From: Candidatus Latescibacterota bacterium | GTDB lineage: Bacteria > Latescibacterota > UBA2968 > UBA8231 | Assembly (NCBI GenBank): GCA_965206595.1 | Contig: OZ242214.1 | Coordinates: forward strand, 4,448,001 to 4,512,000 | Direction of reading: 5' to 3' | DNA: 64,000 nt | In this document: positions 22,239 through 32,532 of the stretch, piece after piece | Position numbering within the stretch: the stretch's first letter is position 1 | How the letters are laid out: each line of letters begins with the position of its first letter | Position numbers and translations under genes: made by a program | The notes under the pieces: model-generated | What the model was told of the DNA's origin: nothing | Databases searched by the model: none | The model's input: the letters and a program-made list of their open reading frames with translations, nothing else

Positions 22239-23036
22239 TCAATCGGCGGGGCTTCGGTCCAGGGTCTCCAGCCAGCGGTAGCCGTAGTCCGGAACGCCCG
22301 GGGACGGGGCGGTAACGCCGCTGGCGAACATGTCGAAGCGTTCGACTCGCAGACGGTAACTGTACCCGTGCCATGGCTGGAAACCGACGATCTCGCTGCG
22401 AAACGCCTCCCCATTGACCACGTTGCAGTACACCTGGTTGTCGCCTCTGCCGCACTCGATCCGGTGCGGGGCCACGGTTATCTCCTCTTCGGTTCCGGCC
22501 GCTTCGGTCTTCGAGTCGACCGCATTCAATACGTACCTGCCGTCGCTGTACTTGTTGACGTCGAGGGTATAGTGGAACCCGGCCTCGAACTCGAAGCCGG
22601 TGACTATGTCGGTGTACGGGGCCCCGTCAACGAGCAGACAGAAGTCGTCGAGCTGCGAGCATTTCACCCGCGCCGGTCCCAGGGACAAGGTCGCCGGAGT
22701 GGATTCGGCCGGGGTCTTCTCCAGCTGTTCCAGCAGGCGATATGCGTATCGGCCGGCATCCTGCGGCGGCTCCTCTCCATTCCAGGGATCGTACTTCCCG
22801 ATTCGCAGACGGTAGTCGTAGCCGGCCTCGAACTCGAAGCCCTCGATCGCATCGTAGAACAGGAAGCCGTCAACCACCATACAGGACCGTTCGGCCACGC
22901 CGTAGCACCTGGCCAGGGTCGGGCGGACGGTTACTTCACTTGTCTCGATATACTTCTCCTCGGAATCCACCGGTCTATCGCAGGCGGCAAGAACCATTCC
23001 TGACAGGACGGGGAGAATGGAAAGCCTGACTTGCAT
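22239..23036 (-). CDS. Lipoprotein with three DUF4377-like repeats
   Basis: Lipobox VLAAC; repeats C..V.G....I.GF.F..GY.Y.L.V. Confidence 0.7.
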   Translation of the reverse strand: MQVRLSILPVLSGMVLAACDRPVDSEEKYIETSEVTVRPTLARCYGVAERSCMVVDGFLFYDAIEGFEFEAGYDYRLRIGKYDPWNGEEPPQDAGRYAYRLLEQLEKTPAESTPATLSLGPARVKCSQLDDFCLLVDGAPYTDIVTGFEFEAGFHYTLDVNKYSDGRYVLNAVDSKTEAAGTEEEITVAPHRIECGRGDNQVYCNVVNGEAFRSEIVGFQPWHGYSYRLRVERFDMFASGVTAPSPGVPDYGYRWLETLDRSPAD

Positions 23037-23471
23037 TGATTCACCTCTTCCTTTCCGACCGCGGTTCCAGGGGTAGAGACAGGATGAGCACACTAGGCAC
23101 AAGGCCACGCTGGGGGCGGACTACGACTTCGCCGGGTGGGGGGCTGGCAGCAGGGGGCAGGGTGCGCTACACCGGCGCATTCCCCATGAGCTCAGGGGTA
23201 TTCGTGGGCGAGGCTGGATTCCTATTCGGGTGCTGGATCTCAACATGGCCTGCCAGTTGCCCATGGAGCAGGATCTGGTGCTGCGGGTCGAAGGCGAGCA
23301 ACCTGCTGGGCAGGGACTTCCAGGCGTTCGTCGGCGCCCCTGCGGTGGGGCGGCTGGTCTTCGCTCAGCTGGGGTGCCGGTTCTGAAGCGGCCATGAGAC
23401 TTCATATTTATCAAATATTTTCCTGGGACACGACTGACTTGACGAAGTCACTATCTGAAATATGACCGAGA

Positions 23472-24788
23472 TCACGAGTCAGCGTACCGATCCAGCTGCC
23501 AGCGCTCCGCCCGGACCGCGTCGAGCCTCACCTTGACCCGCACCTCCTCGGCATCGTAGCGGCGTTCGAGGACCTCCCCCTGGTCGAACAGCTGCGACAG
23601 AAGCCGCCCCTCCCGTTGGGGGATCCGCAGGTCGAGGGTGACCTCCCGCTCTTCGCAATAGAAGCGGATCTTCTCCTTCAGGAGGTCGAGCCCTTCGCCG
23701 CTGAGCGCCGATACCGCGACCTTGCCGGGCTCCGACAGCAGCGAGCGGGCGTAGAGATCCCCCTCTTCCTCCATCCGGTCGAGCTTGTTGTGCACCTCGA
23801 TCACCGGGTTGTCCGCGGCGCCCAGCGTCGACAGGACTTCGGCGACCGTGGCGGCGTGCCCCCGCCAGTGGGGGTGGCTGGCGTCGATGACGTGCAGCAA
23901 CAGGTCGGCCTGCGCCGCTTCTTCCAGCGTTGCCCGGAAGGAGGCGACGAGGTGATGCGGCAGGCGCCTTATGAAGCCGACCGTGTCGGTAAGCAGGATC
24001 TTCCGGTTGCCCTCGAGCTCGACGGAGCGCGTCGTCGAGTCCAGGGTGGCGAAGAGCTGGTCCTCCACGAGCACGTCGGCCCCCGACAGCGCCCTCATCA
24101 AGGTCGACTTGCCGGCGTTGGTGTAGCCGACCAGGGCCACCCGGAACTCCTCGCGCCGCCCCTTGCGGCTGGTCTCGAACTGGCTGTCGATGCGGTCCAG
24201 CTCGCGGGTCAGCGCCCCGATGCGGCGGCGGATCATGCGTCGGTCTGTCTCGAGCTGCGTTTCCCCCGGGCCGCGCACCCCGGCCGCTCCCATGCCGCGG
24301 ATGGCGCCGCCTCCGGCCTGCCGGGAGAGGTGGGTCCACTGCCGGGTCAGGCGCGGCAACAGATAGTTGAGCTGGGCGAGCTCGACCTGGACCTGCGAGG
24401 TCCGCGTGCGCGCGTGGCGGGAGAAGATGTCGAGGATGATGGCGCTGCGGTCGAGGATCCGCAGGTCGGTGAGTTTCTCGAGGTTGCGCATCTGCGCAGG
24501 GGTGAGATCGCAGTCGAAGACGATCATGGCCGCCCCTGCTGCCGCGGCCCTGGATTTGAGCTCTTCCGCCTTGCCCTTGCCTATGTAGTAGCGGGGCTCG
24601 ATGCGCGGGCGCGCCTGGGTGACGAGGCCGGCCACCGCAATCGTCGCCGTCGTGACCAGACGCGAGAGCTCGTCGAGCGAATCCTCGGTTTCCCCGCGCG
24701 GCGTGTCAGAGAGGGATAGGCCGACGAGGAGGGCGGACTCGGGCGAACGTCCAGTGGATTCCTGCGGCTGTGGGGATGTCGCTTCCAG
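23472..24788 (-). CDS. hflX: GTPase HflX (probable CTG start at 24788)
   Basis: GKGKAEEL, GPGETQLETDRR, GYTNAGKSTL, DTVGFI; frame stays open upstream of 24635 through ALLVGL...DSLDELSRL. Confidence 0.92.
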   Translation of the reverse strand: MEATSPQPQESTGRSPESALLVGLSLSDTPRGETEDSLDELSRLVTTATIAVAGLVTQARPRIEPRYYIGKGKAEELKSRAAAAGAAMIVFDCDLTPAQMRNLEKLTDLRILDRSAIILDIFSRHARTRTSQVQVELAQLNYLLPRLTRQWTHLSRQAGGGAIRGMGAAGVRGPGETQLETDRRMIRRRIGALTRELDRIDSQFETSRKGRREEFRVALVGYTNAGKSTLMRALSGADVLVEDQLFATLDSTTRSVELEGNRKILLTDTVGFIRRLPHHLVASFRATLEEAAQADLLLHVIDASHPHWRGHAATVAEVLSTLGAADNPVIEVHNKLDRMEEEGDLYARSLLSEPGKVAVSALSGEGLDLLKEKIRFYCEEREVTLDLRIPQREGRLLSQLFDQGEVLERRYDAEEVRVKVRLDAVRAERWQLDRYADS

Positions 24789-24813
24789 AGCGTCTCCTTC
24801 GAGGCTTCGCCGA

Positions 24814-24889
24814 ATTGTATACCGCCTACTGCAACGAAGTCAACCAGAAACCCATTTGCCTTGACACTCGAAAATCCAGCCTCTACCCT
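24814..24889. promoter_or_regulatory. Divergent sigma70-like promoters (hflX on -, tauD-like/glnD on +)
   Basis: Minus strand TTGACT-18-TACAAT (24843..24814); plus strand TTGACA(24861)-17-TACCCT(24884). Confidence 0.5.
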
Positions 24890-24925
24890 CGATCAAAGGA
24901 TGGAAAATGAAGATGGAACCCACCT

Positions 24926-25765
24926 TTGATTTCTGCCTTTGAGATAAACCCGCGCGGCGCCAGCCTGGCGGTCCTGCCCACCGGAGGCGCCCTCGGCGCC
25001 GAGATCGCCGGATGCGACCTCTCGGTGCCGCTGACGCCCGCCCAGGTCGTCCAAGTGCGCCGCGCCCTGCTCGACCACGGCGTCGTCTTCTTTCGCCGGC
25101 AGCAGCTCCGCGACGAGGACATGGTGCGCTTCACCGCCTGTTTCGGCAAACCGGTGCCCCACGTCCGCAAGCAGCGCCCGCGGCGGGTCAAGGAGATCTT
25201 CCTCATATCCAACATCAGGGAGAACGGCGAGCCGATCGGGGAACTGGGTGACGAGCTGATTCCCCTCCACTCGGACCTCTCCTACCTCCAGCGGCCAGGC
25301 ACCCTCTCTGTGCTCTACGCGCTGGAGATACCTTCGACCGGCGGCCAGACCCAGTGGTGCAACTGCACCGCGGCCTACGAGGAGCTCGACGGCGCCATGA
25401 AGGCCCGCCTGAAAGGGATGCGTGCCGTGCACCGCCACTACGTCGAAGCGCAGAATCCCCCCGAGCACGTCGCCCACCCGATCGTGCGCACCCACCCGGA
25501 GACCGGGCGGCGCTCGCTCTACGTCGGCCCGCACCTGACGCGGTACGTCGTCGGCCTCGGGAGGCAGGAGAGCGACTCCCTGCTCGCCGAGCTCTACGCC
25601 CATCTCGAGCAGCCCCGGTTCGTCTGGACCCACGAGTGGCAGGTCGGCGACGTCGTCCTCTTCGACAACCGCCCGACCTTGCACCGGCGTCTCCCCTTTC
25701 CCCCGGACCAGCGCCGCCTGATGAAGCGCACCCAGGTCTTCAACGACGAGATACCGATGGAGTAG
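24926..25765 (+). CDS. TauD/TfdA family dioxygenase
   Basis: LGAEIAGCDL, HSDLSY, HPIVRTHPETGR, FDNRPTLHRR; start uncertain. Confidence 0.88.
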   Translation: MISAFEINPRGASLAVLPTGGALGAEIAGCDLSVPLTPAQVVQVRRALLDHGVVFFRRQQLRDEDMVRFTACFGKPVPHVRKQRPRRVKEIFLISNIRENGEPIGELGDELIPLHSDLSYLQRPGTLSVLYALEIPSTGGQTQWCNCTAAYEELDGAMKARLKGMRAVHRHYVEAQNPPEHVAHPIVRTHPETGRRSLYVGPHLTRYVVGLGRQESDSLLAELYAHLEQPRFVWTHEWQVGDVVLFDNRPTLHRRLPFPPDQRRLMKRTQVFNDEIPME

Positions 25766-25798
25766 CCCCCGCGGCTGCCCTCGACCAGAGCGATTGAA

Positions 25799-28546
25799 AT
25801 GAAAGAGACGGAACTGTCCGAACTCGAACGGGAGCTGCAGGAAGCCCGCGCTCGCGGCAGCGCCCTGGAGGCGCGCCGGGAGTTCCGCACAACCCGGATC
25901 GAGCAGATTGGGGAACGCCACCTGCGAGGGGAGGGAGGCCTGGCAATCGCCCGCGCCATCACCGACGTAACCGACGCCATCGTCCTCGACGCGTACCGGG
26001 AGGCGACGGTCGCCGCCGCCGATTCGGCGCCGGCCCACGCCCTTGTGGCCCTGGGAGGGTACGGCCGCCGGGAGATGTCCCCCTTTTCCGACGTCGACCT
26101 GCTGTTCCTGTTCGACAAGGAGAAGGACAAGAGCGCCGGGCTGATCTCCGGGGTCCTCCATCCCCTGTGGGATGTCGGCTTCGACATCGGCCACGGCAGC
26201 CGCACGATTGCCGAGTCGGTGCGCATGACCCGCGACGACGTCGAGTCCTGCACCGCCATGCTGGACGGGCGCTTCCTCGCCGGGGACGGCGAGCTGTTCG
26301 ACAGGTTCCGGAAGCGGCTGTTCGCGGGTCTGCCGAAGAAGACGGTGAACAGGCTCGCGGCGCTGCGGCGCTCCCGCAAGGACCGCTCCGGCCGGGTGCA
26401 GGTGCTCGAGCCGAACGTCAAGGAAAGCGCCGGCGGCCTGCGCGAGATCCACCTGCTCGAGTGGGCCCTGAAGGCGCGCGGAGGTCCGGATCTCGCCAAG
26501 GTGTTGCCGCGCTTCCTCGACGCCGAGGACGTCGAGACCCTGGCCGCGGGGCGCGACTTCCTGTGGCGTGTACGCCACCAGCTGCACTTCGCGATGGGGC
26601 GCAAGCACGACGTCCTCGATCACGAGCACAAGACCGCGATCGCCGCGGCCCTGGGGTACGACGACCGCGCCGTCGGCGGGGAGGAGCGGGCAGGAGAGCC
26701 CGCCCAGGCAGGCGGCAACGGCGACCCCCGGCACCGGGTCGGGGCCGCGGACCGGCTCGGGGAGGACCGCGGGCTCGAGCTGGCCTCCGAGCATTTCATG
26801 CGCGACTACTACCTGCACGCCCGCGGCGTCTTCCACCTGGTAGAGCTCGGTTTCGAGCGCGTCGTCGACAAGCCGCGGCGGCGCAGCCGCCGCCTGCTGC
26901 TCGAGGATGGGGTGGTCGCGGTCGACGGAGAAATATCGTTGCCGGACGGCGAAGCCTACTTCCGCGAGGATCCGTTGCGGCTGCTGCGGATATTCGCCCT
27001 CGCGCAGAGCAGGAACATGCGTCTCGGCGAGCAGGCGCAGCGCTGCCTCCTGCAGGCCCTCGACCTGATCGACGACGACTTCCGGCACAGCCCCGACGCG
27101 AAGGCGATTTTCTCGGCCGTAATCCGCCGCAAGCAGCGAGTCGCCGCGACCATGAGGTCTATGCACGAGCTCGGGGTGCTGGGAGCCTACCTGCCGGAGT
27201 TCGGCTCGCTCACCTGCCTCGTCCAGTACGACATCTTCCACCTCTACACCGTCGACGAGCACACCCTGGTCGCCCTGGAGAACCTCGAGACCCTGTCGAA
27301 GCGGGGGGAAGGCTCGAGCCTGAAGCGGGTCCACGGCGCCCTCGAGCGCCGCGACCTGCTGGTGCTCGGCCTCCTCCTGCACGATGTCGGCAAGTCGCGG
27401 CGGCAGGAGCACATCTCCTGCGGCGTCGAGATGACGACGGAGCTCCTCGAGCGCCTGCAGCTACCCGAGGCGGACCGCCGCTTCGTCCTCTTCCTGGTCG
27501 AGCACCACCAGGAGATGGTCCTGATCTCGCAGCGGCGAGACCTCGACGACAACCGCATGATCGCCGAGTTCGCCGGCAGGTTCGCCAACCCCGACTGGCT
27601 GCACGCCCTCTATCTGCTCTCCTACGCCGACCTGTCCGCGGTCGCCAGCGACGCCTGGAACGACTGGCACGGCGCCCTGCTCTGGGAGCTCTACCGCAAG
27701 ACCCTGGAGCAGCTCGAGTCGGGGCTGAAGACCCTGGAGGACCGGCAGTACACCCGCCAGGCCCTCGACCGCCATCTCAAGGAGATCGCCGGCTCCTGGC
27801 CCGCCTCGAAGGTCAAGGCCTTCCAGGCCCACGTCGAAGCGCTCCCGGGCCGCTACCTGTCCGCCTACGGCCGCGACGAGATCGAGCGCCACCTCGCCGC
27901 GATCGACGCCTTCCTCGCGGCCGAGCAGAAACAGGGGATCGCCGCCGGCTTCGTCGACCACCCCAGCCACACCGAGGTCCTGGTCTGCGCCCGCGACCAG
28001 CCCCACCTGCTGGCGAAGATCTGCGGGGTCCTGTCCGTCCACGACATCGACATCCTCCGCGCCGGGGTTAACACCCGCGACGACGGCATCGCCGTCGACG
28101 TCTTCCAGGTGACCGACGTCGACGGCACGGCGCAACTGCCGGAGTGGAAGCGGGAGCGGGTGCGCGCGCAGCTGCAGGAGGTGATCGCCGGCATCAGCGA
28201 GGTCGAGGACCTGTTCCTGCAGTACAGCGAGAACTGGCTCCGCCGCCGCCGCAACCTCCCGGTGCGCACCCCGGTGGTCGAGTTCGAGAATCAGGTCTCC
28301 GAGGAGTTCACCGTCGTCGACACCGACGTTCAGAACGGCGTCGGAGTGCTCCACGCCATCACCAGCCTGCTGGCGGAGTTCGATCTCAGCGTCCGCACCG
28401 CCATCATCACCACGGTCGCCGACCGCGCCAGGGACGCTTTCTACGTCGCCGACGGCAAGGGCCAGAAGATCGTCAGCTACCAGCTGATGGAGAACATTCG
28501 CGAGCGCCTTCTCGACACCCTCGGGGCGGGGCCCCAACCGGCCTGA
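25799..28546 (+). CDS. glnD: [Protein-PII] uridylyltransferase
   Basis: ALGGYGRREMSPFSDVDLL, EPNVKESAGGLR, HLYTVDEHTL, LLHDVGK, C-terminal ACT domains. Confidence 0.93.
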   Translation: MKETELSELERELQEARARGSALEARREFRTTRIEQIGERHLRGEGGLAIARAITDVTDAIVLDAYREATVAAADSAPAHALVALGGYGRREMSPFSDVDLLFLFDKEKDKSAGLISGVLHPLWDVGFDIGHGSRTIAESVRMTRDDVESCTAMLDGRFLAGDGELFDRFRKRLFAGLPKKTVNRLAALRRSRKDRSGRVQVLEPNVKESAGGLREIHLLEWALKARGGPDLAKVLPRFLDAEDVETLAAGRDFLWRVRHQLHFAMGRKHDVLDHEHKTAIAAALGYDDRAVGGEERAGEPAQAGGNGDPRHRVGAADRLGEDRGLELASEHFMRDYYLHARGVFHLVELGFERVVDKPRRRSRRLLLEDGVVAVDGEISLPDGEAYFREDPLRLLRIFALAQSRNMRLGEQAQRCLLQALDLIDDDFRHSPDAKAIFSAVIRRKQRVAATMRSMHELGVLGAYLPEFGSLTCLVQYDIFHLYTVDEHTLVALENLETLSKRGEGSSLKRVHGALERRDLLVLGLLLHDVGKSRRQEHISCGVEMTTELLERLQLPEADRRFVLFLVEHHQEMVLISQRRDLDDNRMIAEFAGRFANPDWLHALYLLSYADLSAVASDAWNDWHGALLWELYRKTLEQLESGLKTLEDRQYTRQALDRHLKEIAGSWPASKVKAFQAHVEALPGRYLSAYGRDEIERHLAAIDAFLAAEQKQGIAAGFVDHPSHTEVLVCARDQPHLLAKICGVLSVHDIDILRAGVNTRDDGIAVDVFQVTDVDGTAQLPEWKRERVRAQLQEVIAGISEVEDLFLQYSENWLRRRRNLPVRTPVVEFENQVSEEFTVVDTDVQNGVGVLHAITSLLAEFDLSVRTAIITTVADRARDAFYVADGKGQKIVSYQLMENIRERLLDTLGAGPQPA

Positions 28547-28556
28547 GCCGTCGACG

Positions 28557-28862
28557 ATGACACGGGAGGAGACCCCAAAGCCGGAAGGCTGGGACCCGGT
28601 GTTCCTGCACTCCCGCCGCGAGTCCCTGGTGATCTTCGCGGTCTGGCTCGCGGCGCTGGCCTGGGCGGTTCCCTTCTGCTACCTGACCGGGTACCGCGCC
28701 GCAGGTGCGCCGGCCACGGTGCTCGGCATTCCCTCCTGGGCCTTCTGGGGCATCGCCACGCCCTGGATCCTCGCCAACGTCTTCACCGTCTGGTTCTGCT
28801 TCCGGTTCATGGAGGACGACCCGCTCGAAGCGTCCGCAGCCGACCCGGAGCAGGGGAGTTGA
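28557..28862 (+). CDS. DUF997/YhdT-like small membrane protein
   Basis: Two TMs, GIPSWAFWG; coupled to the downstream symporter as yhdT-panF is. Confidence 0.7.
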   Translation: MTREETPKPEGWDPVFLHSRRESLVIFAVWLAALAWAVPFCYLTGYRAAGAPATVLGIPSWAFWGIATPWILANVFTVWFCFRFMEDDPLEASAADPEQGS

Positions 28863-30757
28863 CCGGCGGCGGCGGTTCCAACGCCGCCCTGTGGACGTTC
28901 CTCGTCTACATCGGCGGCGTCCTCTTCCTGGCGGCGCTGGCCAACCGCCTGCTCAGGAATCGCAGCTTCCTCGGCGAGTACTTCCTGGGCAGCCGCAGCC
29001 TCGGAGTCTGGGCCTTCGCCCTGACCTTCGCGGCGACCAGCGCCTCGGGGGGCAGCTTCACCGGGTTCCCATCGAAGATCTACACCCACGGCTGGATCCT
29101 GGCGCTGTGGATCGGCAGCTACATGGTGGTGCCGATCTGCATGATGGGCCTGATCGGCAAGCGCCTGAACCAGGTGGCCCGGATCTCGGGGGCCATCACC
29201 GTCCCCGACGTCTTCCGCGACCGCTTCGCCAGCCCCGGCTTCGGCCTGCTGGCCACCGCCCTCATCGTCTTCTTCATGGCCTTCAACCTGATCGCCCAGT
29301 TCAAGGCCGGGAGCCTGATTCTCCAGACCCTGCTCGCCGACGTCCCGGCCTTTCAGGACTTCGCCCGGAGCGCGGCGCCCGCGGCCAGTGCCTGGGGCGG
29401 CTCCGTCGATCCGGGATACCTGGTCTGCCTCGCCGCCTTCGGCCTCGTCGTCATCCTCTACACCACGTACGGCGGCTTTCACGCCGTCGTCTGGACCGAC
29501 GTGCTGCAGGGAGGGGCGATGGTGCTGGGGGTCCTCATCATGCTGCCGCTGACTCTCGGCGAGGTCGGCGGGCTGCGGCAGGCGACGCGGGAGTTGGCGA
29601 AGATGACGCCGCCGCGCATCGGCACCGGCACCCTGGAGCTGCCCGAGTCGCGGCAGGCCGCCCGCATCCCCTCCGGCCACTGGATCTACAGGGAGCAAGA
29701 AGCCGGCAGGGCGGAGCTGTTCCGCGTCACCCGGGCGGTCGACGCCGCCCCGGGAGAGCCGGTCGAAGTGAACCTGCTCGAGGTGACCGCCCCCGAAGAG
29801 ATCGCCCGCGTCCGTGCCGATCTCGGCCTCGCGGAAAGCGACCTCCGACTAAGCAACCTCGAGCTCGAGCCTTACGCCCATGGCGCCGGGCAGCCGGGAG
29901 TCTACGTCTCCGGACCGGGTCCGAGCCGCAGCTCTGCCGACGGTTTTCTGCCGCTGAGCCTCGCCTTCTCCTTCTTCTTCATGTGGGCGATCGCCGGCAC
30001 CGGGCAGCCGGCCCACTACGTCCGGCTGATGGCCTTCCGCAGCTCGCGGACGCTGATGCGCTCCATAGTCACCGTCGCCTTCTACTACTCGATGATCTAT
30101 TTCCCGCTGGTCATCATCTTCTGCTGCGCCCGCATCCTGCTGCCGGGGATGGAGACCGAGTCGGACCGCATCATGCCCGCGGTCGCCATCTACCTGACCG
30201 AGAACGCCGGCGTCGCCTGGCTCGGCGGCCTGCTGGTCGCGGCCCCGTTCGCCGCGGTGATGTCGACGGTCGACAGCTTCCTGCTGATGATCTCCTCCGC
30301 CCTGGTGCGGGACGTGTACCAGCGCAACGTCAACCCCGGGGTCGGGCAGCGCCGCATCCGGGCCCTCAGCCACCTCGTCACCCTGCTGGTCGGAGTCGCG
30401 GCGATGGCCGGCGCCGTCGATCCGCCGCAGTTCCTGCAGGACATCATCGTCTACACCGGCAGCGGGCTGGCCGCCTGCTTTCTCGGGCCGACCGTGTTCG
30501 CCCTCTACTGGCCGCGCGCCAACGTCTGGGGGTGCGCCGCGGGCATGGCGGCCGGGTTCGCCGCGCACCTGGCGATGTATGCAGGCGGCATTTTCGTCAA
30601 CGGCAGCTTCTTTCACCCGGTCCGTATATTCAACCTCGATCCGATCCTCGCCGGCCTCGCCGTTTCCTTCGCCGGCACCTGGCTCGTCGCGCGCGCGACG
30701 AGCCAGGTGCCGGACGAAATCACCGAAACCTACTTCCGCACGGGAGGACGACAGTGA
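28859..30757 (+). CDS. Sodium:solute symporter (PanF-like)
   Basis: EYFLGSRSLG, SASGGSFTGFP, GGFHAVVWTD, AAVMSTVDSFLL. Confidence 0.88.
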   Translation: MTGGGGSNAALWTFLVYIGGVLFLAALANRLLRNRSFLGEYFLGSRSLGVWAFALTFAATSASGGSFTGFPSKIYTHGWILALWIGSYMVVPICMMGLIGKRLNQVARISGAITVPDVFRDRFASPGFGLLATALIVFFMAFNLIAQFKAGSLILQTLLADVPAFQDFARSAAPAASAWGGSVDPGYLVCLAAFGLVVILYTTYGGFHAVVWTDVLQGGAMVLGVLIMLPLTLGEVGGLRQATRELAKMTPPRIGTGTLELPESRQAARIPSGHWIYREQEAGRAELFRVTRAVDAAPGEPVEVNLLEVTAPEEIARVRADLGLAESDLRLSNLELEPYAHGAGQPGVYVSGPGPSRSSADGFLPLSLAFSFFFMWAIAGTGQPAHYVRLMAFRSSRTLMRSIVTVAFYYSMIYFPLVIIFCCARILLPGMETESDRIMPAVAIYLTENAGVAWLGGLLVAAPFAAVMSTVDSFLLMISSALVRDVYQRNVNPGVGQRRIRALSHLVTLLVGVAAMAGAVDPPQFLQDIIVYTGSGLAACFLGPTVFALYWPRANVWGCAAGMAAGFAAHLAMYAGGIFVNGSFFHPVRIFNLDPILAGLAVSFAGTWLVARATSQVPDEITETYFRTGGRQ

Positions 30758-32400
30758 ACGGCAACCGCGCAATCGCAAAAATCCTCAGGGCCGAGGGGGT
30801 CGACTGGGCCGCCGCCTTCCCGGAACAGCCACTGATCGATGCGCTCGTCGAGGAGGAGATCCGGCCGATCATCTGCCGCCACGAGCGCACCGGCGTCAAC
30901 ATGGCGGACGGGTACAGCCGCACCCTGAACCAGTCCCGCTTCGGCGTCTTCACCATGCAGACGGGACCGGGCGCGGAGAACGCGCTGGGGGGCGTCGCCC
31001 AGGCCTTCGCCGATTCGATCCCGATCCTGCTGCTGCCGGGGGGGCAGTCGCGGCAGCGGACCCAGGTGCACCCCCACTTCGAGTCGGTGGAGAACTACCG
31101 TCTGATCACCAAGTGGTCGGCCGAAATCAACCTCGTAACCCGGGTTCCCGAGCTGATGCGCCGCGCCTTCACGCTGCTGAAGAACGGCCGCCCGGGCCCC
31201 GTGCTGCTGGAGATCCTGCGCGACGTCGGCCTCGAGGAGTTCCCGGGCGAGCTCGAGTACACCCCGGTCGCGAGGCTGAGGTCGGCCGCGGCCTCCGAGG
31301 ACGTGCGCGACCTGGTCGCCGCCCTTGCGAAGGCGGAACGGCCGATGATCGTCGCCGGGCACGGCGTGCTCTGGGCCGAGGCCAGCGGGGAGCTGGCGCG
31401 CTTCGCCGAGCTGGCCGCGGTGCCGGTGATGACGACGCTGGCCGGAAAGAGCGGCTTTCCCGAGGACCATCCCCTGTCGCTGGGGTACTACGGCAGCTCC
31501 GGAACCGACATGGCCGGCCGCTTTCTCACCAACGCCGACTTCATCCTCGGGGTCGGCACCAGCTTCACTCCCGCCAATCTCAACGCGGCGATTCCCGACG
31601 GGCCGGTGCTGGCGCAGATCACCAACTGCCTCGAGGACGTCAACAAGTACCACGCCGTCAGCTACGGCGCCGTGGGGGACGCCCGGCTGGTTCTGAGGCA
31701 GGCGATCGAGGAGGCGAAACGGCAGTTCGGAGAGCAGGGGCGGGATTCCTCCGGAGTCGCCGGGGAGATCGCCCGCATTCAGGCGGGCTTCATGGCGGAA
31801 TGGAAACCGCGCCTGACCTCGAGCGAGGTGCCGGTCAGCCCCTACCGCGTCTTCACCGAGATCGCGTCGGCGGTCGACGTCGCCGATACCATCATCACCC
31901 ACGACTCCGGGTTTCCCCGAGATCAGCTCGCCCCCTTCTGGCAGTCGACGACGCCGCGTAGCTACATGGGCTGGGGCAAGTCGACGCAGCTCGGGTACGG
32001 CCTCGGCCTCGCCCTCGGGGCCAAGCTCGCGGCCCCGGACAAGCAGGTCGTCAACGTCATGGGGGACGCCGCCTTCGGCATGGCGGGCTTCGACATCGAG
32101 ACCGCGGCGCGCGCCAAGATACCGATCCTCACGGTGGTTCTGAACAACGGCGTGATGACCCACTACCACGAGCACATGCCGCTGGCGACGGAACGCTGGG
32201 GCAGCAACCGGCTGGGGGGAGACTACGCCGGGGTCGGCGCCGCGCTCGGGGCGTACGCGGAACGGGTCGACGACCCGGATGAGGTCGGCGCCGCCCTGCG
32301 CCGGGGGATCGCCGCAAACCGCGAGGGCAGGCCCGCGGTGATCGAGGTTATGACGAAGGAGGAAGAGGAGATCCCGATGTCGCTCCCGAGATCGGGCTGA
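30754..32400 (+). CDS. Thiamine pyrophosphate-requiring enzyme (acetolactate synthase-like)
   Basis: GTG 30754 overlaps the previous stop; RHERTGVNMADGYSR, GDAAFGM...VLNN. Confidence 0.88.
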   Translation: MNGNRAIAKILRAEGVDWAAAFPEQPLIDALVEEEIRPIICRHERTGVNMADGYSRTLNQSRFGVFTMQTGPGAENALGGVAQAFADSIPILLLPGGQSRQRTQVHPHFESVENYRLITKWSAEINLVTRVPELMRRAFTLLKNGRPGPVLLEILRDVGLEEFPGELEYTPVARLRSAAASEDVRDLVAALAKAERPMIVAGHGVLWAEASGELARFAELAAVPVMTTLAGKSGFPEDHPLSLGYYGSSGTDMAGRFLTNADFILGVGTSFTPANLNAAIPDGPVLAQITNCLEDVNKYHAVSYGAVGDARLVLRQAIEEAKRQFGEQGRDSSGVAGEIARIQAGFMAEWKPRLTSSEVPVSPYRVFTEIASAVDVADTIITHDSGFPRDQLAPFWQSTTPRSYMGWGKSTQLGYGLGLALGAKLAAPDKQVVNVMGDAAFGMAGFDIETAARAKIPILTVVLNNGVMTHYHEHMPLATERWGSNRLGGDYAGVGAALGAYAERVDDPDEVGAALRRGIAANREGRPAVIEVMTKEEEEIPMSLPRSG

Positions 32401-32532
32401 GCACGGTGGCGGGGGGCGCCGCGGAAGCGACGGCATGAGCGACCATTTCTGGATGGCGGCGGAAGACTTCCCCCGAGCGGTCTTCATGGCGGTGGCCCGG
32501 CGTTTCAGGAAACGGAACAGGGCGCAGACGGT

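Noticed and set aside
28705-32400. 1231-aa fusion ORF
   Set aside because: The N-terminal part is an off-frame shadow of the symporter; the real gene starts at GTG 30754
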